From Methanosarcinales archaeon (GTDB lineage: Archaea; Halobacteriota; Methanosarcinia; Methanosarcinales; Methanocomedenaceae): a DNA stretch of 48,610 nucleotides. Of the stretch, positions 39,001 through 48,594 are shown piece by piece. The notes under the pieces were generated by a model. It did no database searches. It was given only the letters and a program-made list of their open reading frames with translations, and had not been told where the DNA came from. How positions within the stretch are numbered: position 1 is the stretch's first letter; every line of letters starts with the position of its first letter. The DNA is taken from assembly GCA_014859725.1 (NCBI GenBank), contig JACUTQ010000002.1:1-48610 (forward strand). Direction: 5' to 3'. The translations under genes were made by a program, and so were the position numbers.

Positions 39001-39339
39001 ATATTATACCTCGATTCATTTACCTGGAAAGTGAATTATACAGTAAGGTAATTTAATCTTTCTATATTTGATAAAATTTTCAAAAAAAAGCTTGAAATAA
39101 GTAAATTCCAGCAATTCGGAATGTCGAGCAGAAAAAGAGAGGTTAGGGAGGGGGGGGTTAGTAATAAAAGACTCCAATCCTGCTCGACAAATATTATTAT
39201 TAACATATAAGTATAAATACCTTCCCATAATATGATGGTGATGATGGATAACCAATAATATATTAAGAAGAATATACCCCATTAAAACATTTATATGCCA
39301 CAACCACATATTAACCCCCTAAAAGAGGATTATCCAATA

Positions 39340-40221
39340 ATGGTAATAGCAAGAGAACTGATCTTAATTGAAGCTCTTCCTTACATCAGGGAGTTCCATG
39401 ATTCCATCATGGTGATCAAAGTAGGGGGTCATGCAATGGTTGACCCTAAAATCATGGAAGATATAGTCAAGGATGTTGTACTCCTGCGTTATGTTGGCAT
39501 CCATCCCATTATTGTCCACGGTGGCGGGCCTGAGATAACCCAAAAAATGGAGACTATGGGCAAGAAAAGCGAGTTTGTGGCAGGACTTCGGATCACTGAT
39601 GACGAAACGTTAGAGATTGCCCGAATGGTACTTGTAGGAAACATCAATACTAGAATTGTATCCCTGATCGGGCTGAATGGAGGAAAAGGTCTGGGCCTCT
39701 CTGGAAAGGACGGAAAGCTCATAATGGCCAGGAAGAAAGCCCTTCAACGAATTACCTATGAGGGAAAAGAACATGAAGTTGACCTGGGTTGGGTTGGTGA
39801 CGTTGAGTTCATAAATCCCGAGATACTCATGATGGCATCAGGAAAAGGATATATTCCAGTCGTAGCACCCATCGCTGTTGATGAGAAAGGTAACAGTTTG
39901 AATATCAATGCAGATACAGTAGCTGGTGATATTGCAGTTGCTATGAGGGCCAAGAAACTCATACTCATGACTGATGTGCCTGGTGTGCTTCAAAAAACGG
40001 GTGATGAGTCAAGCCGAATCTCCCGCATTCAGATTGACACAATTGATGACTTGATACAGGAGGGCATTATTTCCGGTGGTATGATACCCAAAGTCAGGTC
40101 TGCAGCACATGGTGTTAAACGTGGAGTTGAGAAAGTACATATAATAGACGGCAGCAAATCCCACAGCATACTGCTGGAATTGTTTACTGATTTGGGCATT
40201 GGGACAATGATCTACCATTGA
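39340..40221 (+). CDS. argB: Acetylglutamate kinase
   Basis: I prefer ATG 39340. Motifs are LIEALPYIREFHDSIMVIKVGGHAM, IVHGGGPEI and NINADTVAGDIA. Confidence 0.92.
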   Translation: MVIARELILIEALPYIREFHDSIMVIKVGGHAMVDPKIMEDIVKDVVLLRYVGIHPIIVHGGGPEITQKMETMGKKSEFVAGLRITDDETLEIARMVLVGNINTRIVSLIGLNGGKGLGLSGKDGKLIMARKKALQRITYEGKEHEVDLGWVGDVEFINPEILMMASGKGYIPVVAPIAVDEKGNSLNINADTVAGDIAVAMRAKKLILMTDVPGVLQKTGDESSRISRIQIDTIDDLIQEGIISGGMIPKVRSAAHGVKRGVEKVHIIDGSKSHSILLELFTDLGIGTMIYH

Positions 40222-40310
40222 TCAAAAATAAAATCTCTTCTTTGAAAGAGTTAAACATATAAAGTATACGAAGTCTATAAAGTCAAACCTCATTATCAGG
40301 AGATTTATTA

Positions 40311-40751
40311 TTGAGTAAGAAAAAGCAACCTGCTAAGAAAGGATTCCTCGAAAGGGCCAGAGCAGCAGCCTCTCAGCAGCAGGCAACAGCAGAACGTGGA
40401 AAGACTAAAAAGCAGAAGCAGGAAGTAGTAGTATCAGAACCAGTCCCGGTTGTTGATAAGACCCCGGAAGAAAAAAAGAAAAATTATATAAATGGTATTA
40501 TAAAGACAATTGTACCAGCCTTGATAGGGACGTTAGCTGGTTTATTCTGTTTTTACCAACTAAAGGACGGTACCGAATTTCCATGGATTTCCATAATGCT
40601 TCTGGTCATCATTTCCTCGTATTATGCTCAACGGATCATCTACCCGTTAATAAAGATCGATGTCAAAGAATTTGGGACTAAAGACTGGTTGTATGTGGAA
40701 TTCATTACAGTTGATTTTTGGTTAGTGGTCTGGACATTATTACTTAATTAA
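40311..40751 (+). CDS. Small membrane protein with a Lys/Gln-rich N-terminal tail and three predicted TM helices
   Basis: The 146-aa ORF has a TTG start behind AGGAG. No family was recognised. Confidence 0.5.
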   Translation: MSKKKQPAKKGFLERARAAASQQQATAERGKTKKQKQEVVVSEPVPVVDKTPEEKKKNYINGIIKTIVPALIGTLAGLFCFYQLKDGTEFPWISIMLLVIISSYYAQRIIYPLIKIDVKEFGTKDWLYVEFITVDFWLVVWTLLLN

Positions 40752-40778
40752 CCAAAACAATATTTTTCAGGTGAAATC

Positions 40779-42557
40779 GTGAGGATCGCTATTGTAAATA
40801 AGGACAGGTGCCAGTTCAAGAAGTGCAACCTGGAATGTATACACTTTTGTCCCAGGGTGCGGACCGGAGATGAAACTATAGTCCAGGGTGAGGATGGCAA
40901 AGCTGTTATTTCTGAAGAATTATGTGTAGGCTGTGGGATCTGCATTAAGAAATGTCCCTTCCATTCTATTATGATAATAGGGCTGCCAGAGGAATTAGAC
41001 GATCCCATCCACAGATACGGCCAGAATGGTTTCGCTCTTTACGGCCTGCCCACCCCTGTAAAAGGTAAAGTGACCGGTATCCTGGGTCAAAATGGTATTG
41101 GTAAGTCCACAACTGTGAATATTTTGAGTGGAAATCTTATGCCCAATCTGGGTAAGCCTGATACAACCTGGGATGAGATACTGGATATTTATTCCTCCAC
41201 AGGATTGTATGAATATATGAAAACCCTATCAGAGGGCGCGATAAAAGCCTCACATAAACCTCAATATGTGGATAATATACCAAAAGTCGTCAAAGGCACG
41301 GTCTCCAGATTGTTGGATAGGACTGATGAACGGGGGATTATGGATGAAACAGTTGACAAACTTGAGATTATCCATATACTGGATCGGGATATCAGCGATC
41401 TCTCAGGTGGAGAACTTCAAAGGGTGGCATTGGCTGCCTGTGTCAACCGCGATGCAGATTTCTATTTTATAGACGAGGTCAGCCCGTATCTGGACATCTA
41501 CCAGAGAATCAATGCAGCCAGGATTGTCCAGGAACTGGCTCATGATAGTGCAGTGATGGTGATTGAACATGACCTGGCACTATTGGATCTGCTTGCAGAT
41601 ACTGTTCATATAACATATGGTATCCCAGGCGGATATGGTGTGACCACCCATCCCAAAGGTGTTAGGGTGGGCATTAACGAATACCTGAAAGGTTTCCTGC
41701 CTGAAGAGAACATCCGCCTACGTACAGAGGCTATTGAATTCGAGGAACATCCACCAAGAGAGCAGAAGGATATTCCTACTCTATTGGAATTCCATCGATT
41801 TACAAAAAAATATGGAGACAATGGATTCGAACTGATTGTTGGTAGTGATACGCTCGGGAATGAGATCAAACACGGCGAAGTAATTGGGATCGTAGGGCCT
41901 AACGGCATTGGTAAGTCCACGTTTGTAAAGATGCTGGCAGGAGCGGAAACACCCACCACGGGTAAACTTGAGACAAATCTTACCATTTCCTATAAACCCC
42001 AGTACTTAACAGGGGATTATCCATTAAAGGTCAGGGATTTTTTGCGCAGTATCAATACGAAATTTGATGCCAGTTATTACCAGACTGAGATAATTAAACC
42101 CTTACAGTTGGATGGATTGCTGGACCGGATGCTGCCTGAACTATCAGGCGGTGAGCTCCAGCGTGTAGCTATTGCAGGTTGCTTAGGTAAGACTGCAAAT
42201 ATGTATATTTTTGATGAGCCCAGTGCACACCTGGATGTAGAACAAAGGGCCATGGCCACAAAAGTGATCCGACGGTTCGCTGAGAACAATAACGTGACTG
42301 CCATGGTAGTGGATCATGACATTTATATGATCGATATGCTGGCCGAGAGGCTTATGGTATTTATGGGCCAACCTGCAATAAGAGGCGAGATACACGGCCC
42401 GTTCAATATGCGTCAGGGCATGAACCATTTTCTGAAAAATATTAATATTACATTCAGACGGGATGAAGAGACACGCAGGCCCAGGGTGAACAAACCGGAT
42501 TCAAAACTTGATAGAGAGCAAAAATCTCTGGGTGAATATTATTATTCATTGCAATGA
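40779..42557 (+). CDS. abcE1: ABCE1 / RNase L inhibitor-type ribosome recycling ATPase
   Basis: The start is GTG. The N-terminal Fe-S domain reads MRIAIVNKDRCQFKKC..CPRV..CVGCGICIKKCP. Two ABC modules follow (GQNGIGKST, GPNGIGKST, LSGGELQRVA twice). Confidence 0.95.
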   Translation: MRIAIVNKDRCQFKKCNLECIHFCPRVRTGDETIVQGEDGKAVISEELCVGCGICIKKCPFHSIMIIGLPEELDDPIHRYGQNGFALYGLPTPVKGKVTGILGQNGIGKSTTVNILSGNLMPNLGKPDTTWDEILDIYSSTGLYEYMKTLSEGAIKASHKPQYVDNIPKVVKGTVSRLLDRTDERGIMDETVDKLEIIHILDRDISDLSGGELQRVALAACVNRDADFYFIDEVSPYLDIYQRINAARIVQELAHDSAVMVIEHDLALLDLLADTVHITYGIPGGYGVTTHPKGVRVGINEYLKGFLPEENIRLRTEAIEFEEHPPREQKDIPTLLEFHRFTKKYGDNGFELIVGSDTLGNEIKHGEVIGIVGPNGIGKSTFVKMLAGAETPTTGKLETNLTISYKPQYLTGDYPLKVRDFLRSINTKFDASYYQTEIIKPLQLDGLLDRMLPELSGGELQRVAIAGCLGKTANMYIFDEPSAHLDVEQRAMATKVIRRFAENNNVTAMVVDHDIYMIDMLAERLMVFMGQPAIRGEIHGPFNMRQGMNHFLKNINITFRRDEETRRPRVNKPDSKLDREQKSLGEYYYSLQ

Positions 42558-43619
42558 TCGGATAGCATATTTCTCGCAATCCTCTTTGCAAGGGCCATTA
42601 TAGTTAGTATTGGGGGGCCACCGGTAGACTCAGGCAATAAGGAAGCGTCAGTTATATAAAGACCTTCAATTTCGGTTTCAAGTTCCGGAGCCCTCACAAA
42701 TCCGCCAATTCTTGCAGTCCCTCCCGGGTGTGCACCCCTTGGGTTCGTGCAGACAATGCTTGATGGATTGACTCCTGCTTCTTCTAATATCTCAGAAGCA
42801 GCCCGGACCCCATCTGAAAGGGTAATAAAATCATTTTCTGTCAGGTATTTGACTATAGTTCCATCACTTTTTACTTCACCTTGGTTTTCATCTCCTATTT
42901 TCACCATTATTCCAATTACATCCTCTTCTTTGACTTTTAGTCCCCTTTGCGTTAATATTTTCACTTGAAAATATATCCCTGCCATTTGCCCTTACCCCAA
43001 CCACTCTTTTGTTTTTTATTAAAACTCTATCAACTCGTGTATTTTGTTGTAGAATTAATCCGTGTTCTTCAGCTTCTGTCAAGAATTCGAGAGCATTCCA
43101 CTTTGCATTTTCAGGACAGCCCAAGGTGCATCTTCCGCACAATTTGGACTTGCACTTACTAAAGTCAATGAACTTTGGCATTGGTGTCACGTCATATCCG
43201 AGGGATTCTGCTGCTTCCAGGATTTTTTTCGTGCCCCTGCCTAAAATCCAGTCAGGGGTTTTGTTCACTTTTAGCTCATGTTCAAGGGATTCAAACTCGT
43301 GACTGAGATCAATTCCGAGTTTTTTCAATTCATCTTCTAATTTTCTCACGCAAGTTCCAGCGGTAACGAGGGTAGTGCCCCCTAGGCACGTTAGTCGTGC
43401 TATTTCTAATCCCTGCCCAGGCCAAAACGGCATTCCCTCATGTACCGGATCTTCAACAGTGGGTGTTAAATGGTTCTCGTACCGGGTATACGCCTGTTTT
43501 GTGTTCACCCTATTACCGGATTCGAGCAAGAGTATTTTGCCCTTTATTCTTCGTGACAACTCGCGTGCTATTGTTGCACCACCTGCGCCAGAACCTACTA
43601 CTATGACTTCTGAAGTCAT
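42542..43619 (-). pseudogene. FAD-dependent (GMC-like) oxidoreductase, interrupted by a frameshift
   Basis: GGAGGT precedes ATG 43619 (MTSEVIVVGSGAGGATIARELS, a dinucleotide-binding fold). The C-terminal GMC-like part (NPRGAHPGGTARIG..LYITDASLLP) is in another frame (ORF 42542..42985). The frames overlap at 42888-42985. The 3' end overlaps ABCE1 by 16 nt, convergently. Confidence 0.6.
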
Positions 43620-43831
43620 CTTAACCTCCGGGTGTGAGGGTAGAATCCAAAGGCTATCATTTTTTGTTGTGCTTTGTTCCAAATTGAAGATTCGAACACC
43701 CATGAAATCGAAGATTTCATATGACGCACAAGAGACCTCGGACGTAGTCCCAGAGGAATCATACCATCACAACATTGCTGTAATTGACTCATATTCAGGA
43801 GGCACTCATTAATAGATATAATTAATCTCGA

Positions 43832-44902
43832 TCAACAGTTGTATTTCCTGAATGTTAATAAAGAGATAATTATGATCAGTGCAATTGTGGGTACTGCTTC
43901 AAATCCAGGAGTCCCTCTCGGTCCCGATGCCTCTTTTACTAACTGTTGTGAAGATGTAGACATCGATGCCCCCTCAGCAGTTGGCTCTATTTCAACTACG
44001 AGAAATGAACCCGACGGGATAGCATAGTCTTCAACCGCCTGAAAATATATGGTGTTCTTTCCAACCGTTAGATGCTCGGTAACGTCCCGCGTATCAATAT
44101 CCAGGTCAGGATAAGGTGTACCGTTGCAGATGCCCGACCAGTTCCTGTCATTGACATACAACATGTTCGCATCCCAGTTGCCTGACTGGACAATGGTCCA
44201 CAAGGTGGCTTTCTTTATCGGACCATGTGAAATTGTGGGGTTCATCATCTCAGTGATGGTCTGGTCAGGTGTTGTGTAGGTCGGTGTGCCGTCATCCTCT
44301 GCTTGCGAGTTGAGCATATCACTTCCTTCATTGACCCAGTATTCGATATCCTTTCCATTCACATCAGTGTATACCACGAGCAAACCAATACCATTCATGC
44401 AGAAATATGTACCATCAGGACCGATATTCTCAATGACAGCTGTATGACTGCCAGATCCGCTTACAATACTCGTAATATCATACGCCCATGTGCCGGCGGG
44501 ATAGTCATATATTCCCCACCCCTTTCTGTCACTGTACTGTTGATCCGGCTCAAGCTTTTTATTATCAAAGGTCAGTTCCATATCCGGATACGTGCCAGTT
44601 GAACCCTTGGCACTCCAGGTCCAGTAATTATAGAGCCGTGCGAACTTCACTACCCTACCTTCTGGTAACGATACGGCATAATGCACGGTATATGTTTCAC
44701 CAGTCCAAAGCTTCCCGCTGTAATAACTGTCCCCTATCGTATAATCCAATCCGCCTCTTATGGTGTCATGGCCAAAAGTTGAAAGCGGTTTATCGGCTAT
44801 ATATCCATTCACTTCCGGTTCCTGCGCTGCTGCCGTAACAGTTAGTAAGCTCAGCAATATTATGCATAAAATTATATTTCTTTTAAGTATATTTAATTCC
44901 AT
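43832..44902 (-). CDS. Secreted surface protein: DUF3344-like domain plus PGF-CTERM archaeosortase sorting signal
   Basis: A signal peptide is present (..LLSLLTVTAAAQE). The central domain is paralogous to 46130..47797 (VVKFARLYNYWTW / GIGLLVVYTDVNGKDIEYWVNEG). The C-terminus TPGFEAVPTIALIIIISLLTFRKYNC is PGF + helix + basic. GGAGTG precedes the ATG. Confidence 0.75.
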   Translation of the reverse strand: MELNILKRNIILCIILLSLLTVTAAAQEPEVNGYIADKPLSTFGHDTIRGGLDYTIGDSYYSGKLWTGETYTVHYAVSLPEGRVVKFARLYNYWTWSAKGSTGTYPDMELTFDNKKLEPDQQYSDRKGWGIYDYPAGTWAYDITSIVSGSGSHTAVIENIGPDGTYFCMNGIGLLVVYTDVNGKDIEYWVNEGSDMLNSQAEDDGTPTYTTPDQTITEMMNPTISHGPIKKATLWTIVQSGNWDANMLYVNDRNWSGICNGTPYPDLDIDTRDVTEHLTVGKNTIYFQAVEDYAIPSGSFLVVEIEPTAEGASMSTSSQQLVKEASGPRGTPGFEAVPTIALIIIISLLTFRKYNC

Positions 44903-44975
44903 TAACTAATTCACTCCTTTGTAGTTTTCCGGAACATGCAATGCTACATGCGCTTGAAAATATCCTCCTCTTCAA

Positions 44976-46133
44976 CTACATCTGTTTAGCCGAACGTATT
45001 TTTGCACTCATTGATATTTCCGGAGAAGCGACTTCAGCTTCTGACGCAGGGGTGGCCTCAGGAAAATTCCGGTCCAAAAAAGACACACCCTTATAAATAG
45101 CGATTACATTATCCGAATCTGTACTATTGGTGTATTCCTCTCCCCAGAGGTTCCAGGTTGCATGTGCTTGGGGCACTCGGTGTGCTCCAACCTGTTCGGG
45201 GATCATCTGATATGAAAGCACTCTTCTCTCACGGGGTGCCAGAACAAACTCCCAATCCAGATCCGGTTTGTTATCTGTTACCGTTCCATTGATCAATGTG
45301 AAAAATATCGGCAGGGCATCATCCAATCTGATCCTGACCGGTCGGGATTGGATATTTACCACACTTATGGAAGTATATACAGTCTGTCCCGGATGTGCTT
45401 CGTTTGTTGTGCTTTTAAATATTTTAATAGGCTGTGTAATCCTGACTGTGTTGGACTCTGTCAGGAAATTTCGTGTCCCGTGAGCATCGATCCAGCTCAT
45501 ATTTACCGATATGTTATAGAATCCTTTTTGCAGAGCAGCCGGGAACCTTAACTTGATATCCTCAGACCGGTATGTCCCTTCATAAAGACTAAAGCCGGAT
45601 GGCAGATCTCCTTGAATGGTCAAACCATCTGTAACAACATCAAGATGAATATCATCCATCTTTACCTCTCCAATGTTTCTGATCAGCACGGCGGCAATTA
45701 TCTGCTGATCGATCAGGTATTCATCTTTGTCTGTGGAAATACTCAGAGCCAGAGACCCTGGATTTTTCGACGATTTCTCGGTATCAAACACGATTTCAGC
45801 CCCCGGGGAATAAACACTGCCGTACATTGGTAAAATCCTCTGGTCTGTAACATTAATGCCCTTTAGCCTGATCCTGCTGTTATCCAAATAATTCCAATTT
45901 GAATCATTATTCGCCAGCACCGTATTCCCGATAAATACTCCATTGCAGGATACATTTATTCCAACCATGCCGTATCCATCGAATTCAACCACATTTATCG
46001 TATAATCTCCCTTTGAAACAGCAGGATTCTCAAGACTGAGCGTGAAGGTGGCGCTGTCCCATTCAGTGGCAGAGGCCGTTGGAAATGCAATGGTGATTAT
46101 GAAAAATGCGAGGAAAAGGATCCTTTTTATCAC
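44976..46133 (-). CDS. Secreted protein with CARDB/DUF11-like beta-sandwich modules
   Basis: I prefer GTG 46133, which overlaps the upstream stop as GTGA behind GGAGGAGGGG. This gives the signal peptide (M)IKRILFLAFFIITIAFPTASA. Modules include ..IIAAVLIRNIGEVKMDDIHLDV.. and ..VYTSISVVNIQSRPVRIRLDD... Confidence 0.6.
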   Translation of the reverse strand: MIKRILFLAFFIITIAFPTASATEWDSATFTLSLENPAVSKGDYTINVVEFDGYGMVGINVSCNGVFIGNTVLANNDSNWNYLDNSRIRLKGINVTDQRILPMYGSVYSPGAEIVFDTEKSSKNPGSLALSISTDKDEYLIDQQIIAAVLIRNIGEVKMDDIHLDVVTDGLTIQGDLPSGFSLYEGTYRSEDIKLRFPAALQKGFYNISVNMSWIDAHGTRNFLTESNTVRITQPIKIFKSTTNEAHPGQTVYTSISVVNIQSRPVRIRLDDALPIFFTLINGTVTDNKPDLDWEFVLAPRERRVLSYQMIPEQVGAHRVPQAHATWNLWGEEYTNSTDSDNVIAIYKGVSFLDRNFPEATPASEAEVASPEISMSAKIRSAKQM

Positions 46134-47797
46134 TTCGATCCCCTCCTCCACAAATATAAGGCGGCTATTGATACAATGAAAATTATTACTGCAGGCCCTG
46201 AAAATAATCCCCTGGTCTTATCAACAGGAGATTCGACAACTGAAGTGTCTGTATTAATAATACTCCCTCTTCCCTCAGATGGTATGCCGCCCGATTCCCT
46301 GTTCTGTTGTACCAGTGATTTTACCACAACGAATTCTGTTGCTGAATTATTTGCACCATCTACTGCACTTACAATAATCTTATTGTATCCATAATACAGT
46401 GAAACCGGTGCACTCCACCCGGAACCTGAGACAACAGCTGCCACTTCGTTTACCAGAACTGTGATATTCCTGCTTGTATCCTCAATAGTTCCGCTGACTG
46501 TAATAACATCCGTTTCTACAATTTCCCCATCTTCGGGTTGGTCGATTTCAATTTCGGGAGGTGTGAAATCAATGACATTCAAAATCAGGGGCGTGTTATT
46601 ATTATTTGACTCGCACAGCTCTGTTTTTCTATCATTGGGATCAGCATAGACCCACAGTATATATTCACCATCACTGTCCGGTTTCCAGTTAAAATCAATG
46701 CTTCTGTTCCTGCCTGCGGCCAATGATGATATGGAAGCTGTGGACACAATTTCATTGTCTGCATATAGAGCTGCCTGGAAACCATAAGCTGGATATTCAC
46801 CGATGTTTTCTATGGTGGCAGTAATGGTATTGCTGTTGCCTGCATACAGAATAGGAACTTTAACACTGGAAACCGTAAGATCCGTATCTCCTTCTTCTTC
46901 TGTGTGCAAGGTCAGCACAGCCAGCACAGGATGTAAATTGCCTTCTTCAACCCGTTCGAACCTTGCCTCATTTGCTTCTTTTTCGAGATAGTCTATTACA
47001 TCAAAGGTTTTGAAATCGAAATAATCCATAGAGTTTGCCATAGAGTTTGCTATGTCGTCACAGTTGTCTCCATCACATAATTTTTCATCGTTGAAATAGA
47101 GATAGTCGTTCTCGTAAGGTGAACCTGTAAGATAAATTGCTGTAAGTCTGGCAACAGGGAACTTATCCACATCTACTGAACCGGTAAATTTTGCTAATGC
47201 TTCATCATTCGTGTCATGCAGATTCACATTCCCTTCATTAATCCAGTATTTTACCTCCTCTCCCTCCGATGCTTCGTATACTGCCACAAGCATTATCCCA
47301 TACACCCTGCCGTCAAAGCCGGTACTGATTTCCTCAGTGGTTGCTGTTGCAGTCAGGGAGTCTTTGGTGGTCAGGGAAGTAATATCATAGTTCACCCAGT
47401 AGACACCATTACCGGCACACCATACATCTGGATTCGAATCTGATGACCCCTCAAGGATGAGAGTGCCAAGATCATCCCCATTGAATGTGGTCTGCAATGT
47501 GCCGCTGTATGTCTGTTTGCCTCCCCATACTCCCACATACAGTCTTGCCCATGTTACATTACCTTCAGGGACATTAAAAGACTGGGTATAAGGAGCATTT
47601 TTATCGGGTAATCCATGGCCGCCATCCACATATACGCCACCTTTGACAATACCTTGTTTGACTCCATCAAGCTTATCAGTAGATGGATAACCGTCGAAGT
47701 TATATTCTGCCAATGCCTGATGAACAGATAATAGCTGCAGCACAGCTATCACGATGATTACAAGATATTTGTGCAGCTTTAATTTTCTAATTGTCAC
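46130..47797 (-). CDS. Surface protein: DUF3344-like domain + CARDB-like + Ig-like modules + C-terminal TM anchor
   Basis: The GTG start overlaps the upstream stop (GTGA) and a signal peptide follows. VTWARLYVGVWGG and GIMLVAVYEASEGEEVKYWINEG are paralogous to 43832..44902. The CARDB-like module reads DLTVSSVKVP..ITATIENIGEYPAYGF... The C-terminus is GPAVIIFIVSIAALYLWRRGSK. Confidence 0.75.
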   Translation of the reverse strand: MTIRKLKLHKYLVIIVIAVLQLLSVHQALAEYNFDGYPSTDKLDGVKQGIVKGGVYVDGGHGLPDKNAPYTQSFNVPEGNVTWARLYVGVWGGKQTYSGTLQTTFNGDDLGTLILEGSSDSNPDVWCAGNGVYWVNYDITSLTTKDSLTATATTEEISTGFDGRVYGIMLVAVYEASEGEEVKYWINEGNVNLHDTNDEALAKFTGSVDVDKFPVARLTAIYLTGSPYENDYLYFNDEKLCDGDNCDDIANSMANSMDYFDFKTFDVIDYLEKEANEARFERVEEGNLHPVLAVLTLHTEEEGDTDLTVSSVKVPILYAGNSNTITATIENIGEYPAYGFQAALYADNEIVSTASISSLAAGRNRSIDFNWKPDSDGEYILWVYADPNDRKTELCESNNNNTPLILNVIDFTPPEIEIDQPEDGEIVETDVITVSGTIEDTSRNITVLVNEVAAVVSGSGWSAPVSLYYGYNKIIVSAVDGANNSATEFVVVKSLVQQNRESGGIPSEGRGSIINTDTSVVESPVDKTRGLFSGPAVIIFIVSIAALYLWRRGSK

Positions 47798-48273
47798 TTG
47801 CTTTTCCTTTTTTTAATGCGGTAGAACACTCCCACACCAGTGATTATTAATATTATCAATATGGCTAGTATAATTCCTGAATTTGATACGTTGGCATGAA
47901 CTGGTACCTTGATGCCATGACCTATACCAATATCTAAAGATGTGGAGGAAACAGCCACATACGCCATGAAATTGAAATCCCCTATAACAGAAATCGGTGG
48001 CTTTAATGTTAAAATCACCTCTTGGTTCTCATTTGCACTTAATGTGAAGTTATCGGGCGAGATATCAAACCATTCAGCATAATCTTTATCCACATATACT
48101 TTATAGTCTGAAATTTCGGTGCCGGTATTGAACACGAACAGCGATTTAGTATCTGAACCCCCGATCTGCGCACTGAAGTTCAAATTACCAGGAGTGACGC
48201 CTACCCCGGAAGCTGATACCATTTGTGTAAGCACCAAATAAAGCATGATATACATCAACATCTTTATTAACAT
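47794..48273 (-). CDS. Small membrane-anchored protein with a single Ig/PapD-like beta-sandwich module
   Basis: The 159-aa ORF has a signal peptide, then GVGVTPGNLNFSAQIGGSDTKSLFVFNTG..YKVYV..EVILTLKPP. A C-terminal TM helix and KKRKSK follow. Confidence 0.6.
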   Translation of the reverse strand: MLIKMLMYIMLYLVLTQMVSASGVGVTPGNLNFSAQIGGSDTKSLFVFNTGTEISDYKVYVDKDYAEWFDISPDNFTLSANENQEVILTLKPPISVIGDFNFMAYVAVSSTSLDIGIGHGIKVPVHANVSNSGIILAILIILIITGVGVFYRIKKRKSK

Positions 48274-48314
48274 TTAAAATTCCATCATAATTTTGTTTGA
48301 CCTATCTTATCTTA

Positions 48315-48594
48315 TCATTTCTTTTTCCGCAATAGTTGCATTGTGATCAACAAGCCCAGCAAACCTGCAAGTAAACTGAAACCCTGGAATACCCTTATTA
48401 TCTTCCCCGGACGACCCATTAGTCTCGTCTGCAATTTCTGTGGATTCGGCAACAACACCTTCTCCATATGCTTCTCCTCCAGATACCGTTGCAACGCTTG
48501 TGGCAGAATCATCTGCGGCTTTTGTTGCAGTGGGATTAACAGTGGAACGCATCAAAAGAAAAAGCACACAAAATGATATTGTTAATGTTTTCAT
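48315..48594 (-). pseudogene. Small acidic secreted protein with a PGF-CTERM tail, interrupted by a 1-nt frameshift just after the PGF codons
   Basis: The signal peptide is MKTLTISFCVLFLLMRS and the body is Ser/Thr/Glu/Asp-rich, ending ..NKGIPGF (codons at 48379-48387). The hydrophobic/basic tail SLLAGLLGLLITMQLLRKKK* is in the neighbouring frame (ORF 48315..48512). Confidence 0.55.

Noticed and set aside
39122-39189. The inverted repeat as an archaeal H/ACA guide RNA (stem followed by ACA).
   Set aside because: The ACA is inside the perfect stem rather than single-stranded after it. No K-turn/K-loop (GA pairs) or convincing pseudouridylation pocket could be drawn.
39016-39309. A 97-aa minus-strand ORF containing HHHHH in the pgk/argB intergenic region.
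   Set aside because: It lies in AT-rich promoter DNA and has low-complexity composition. It has no ribosome-binding site, and it overlaps the argB start region. It is most likely a chance ORF.
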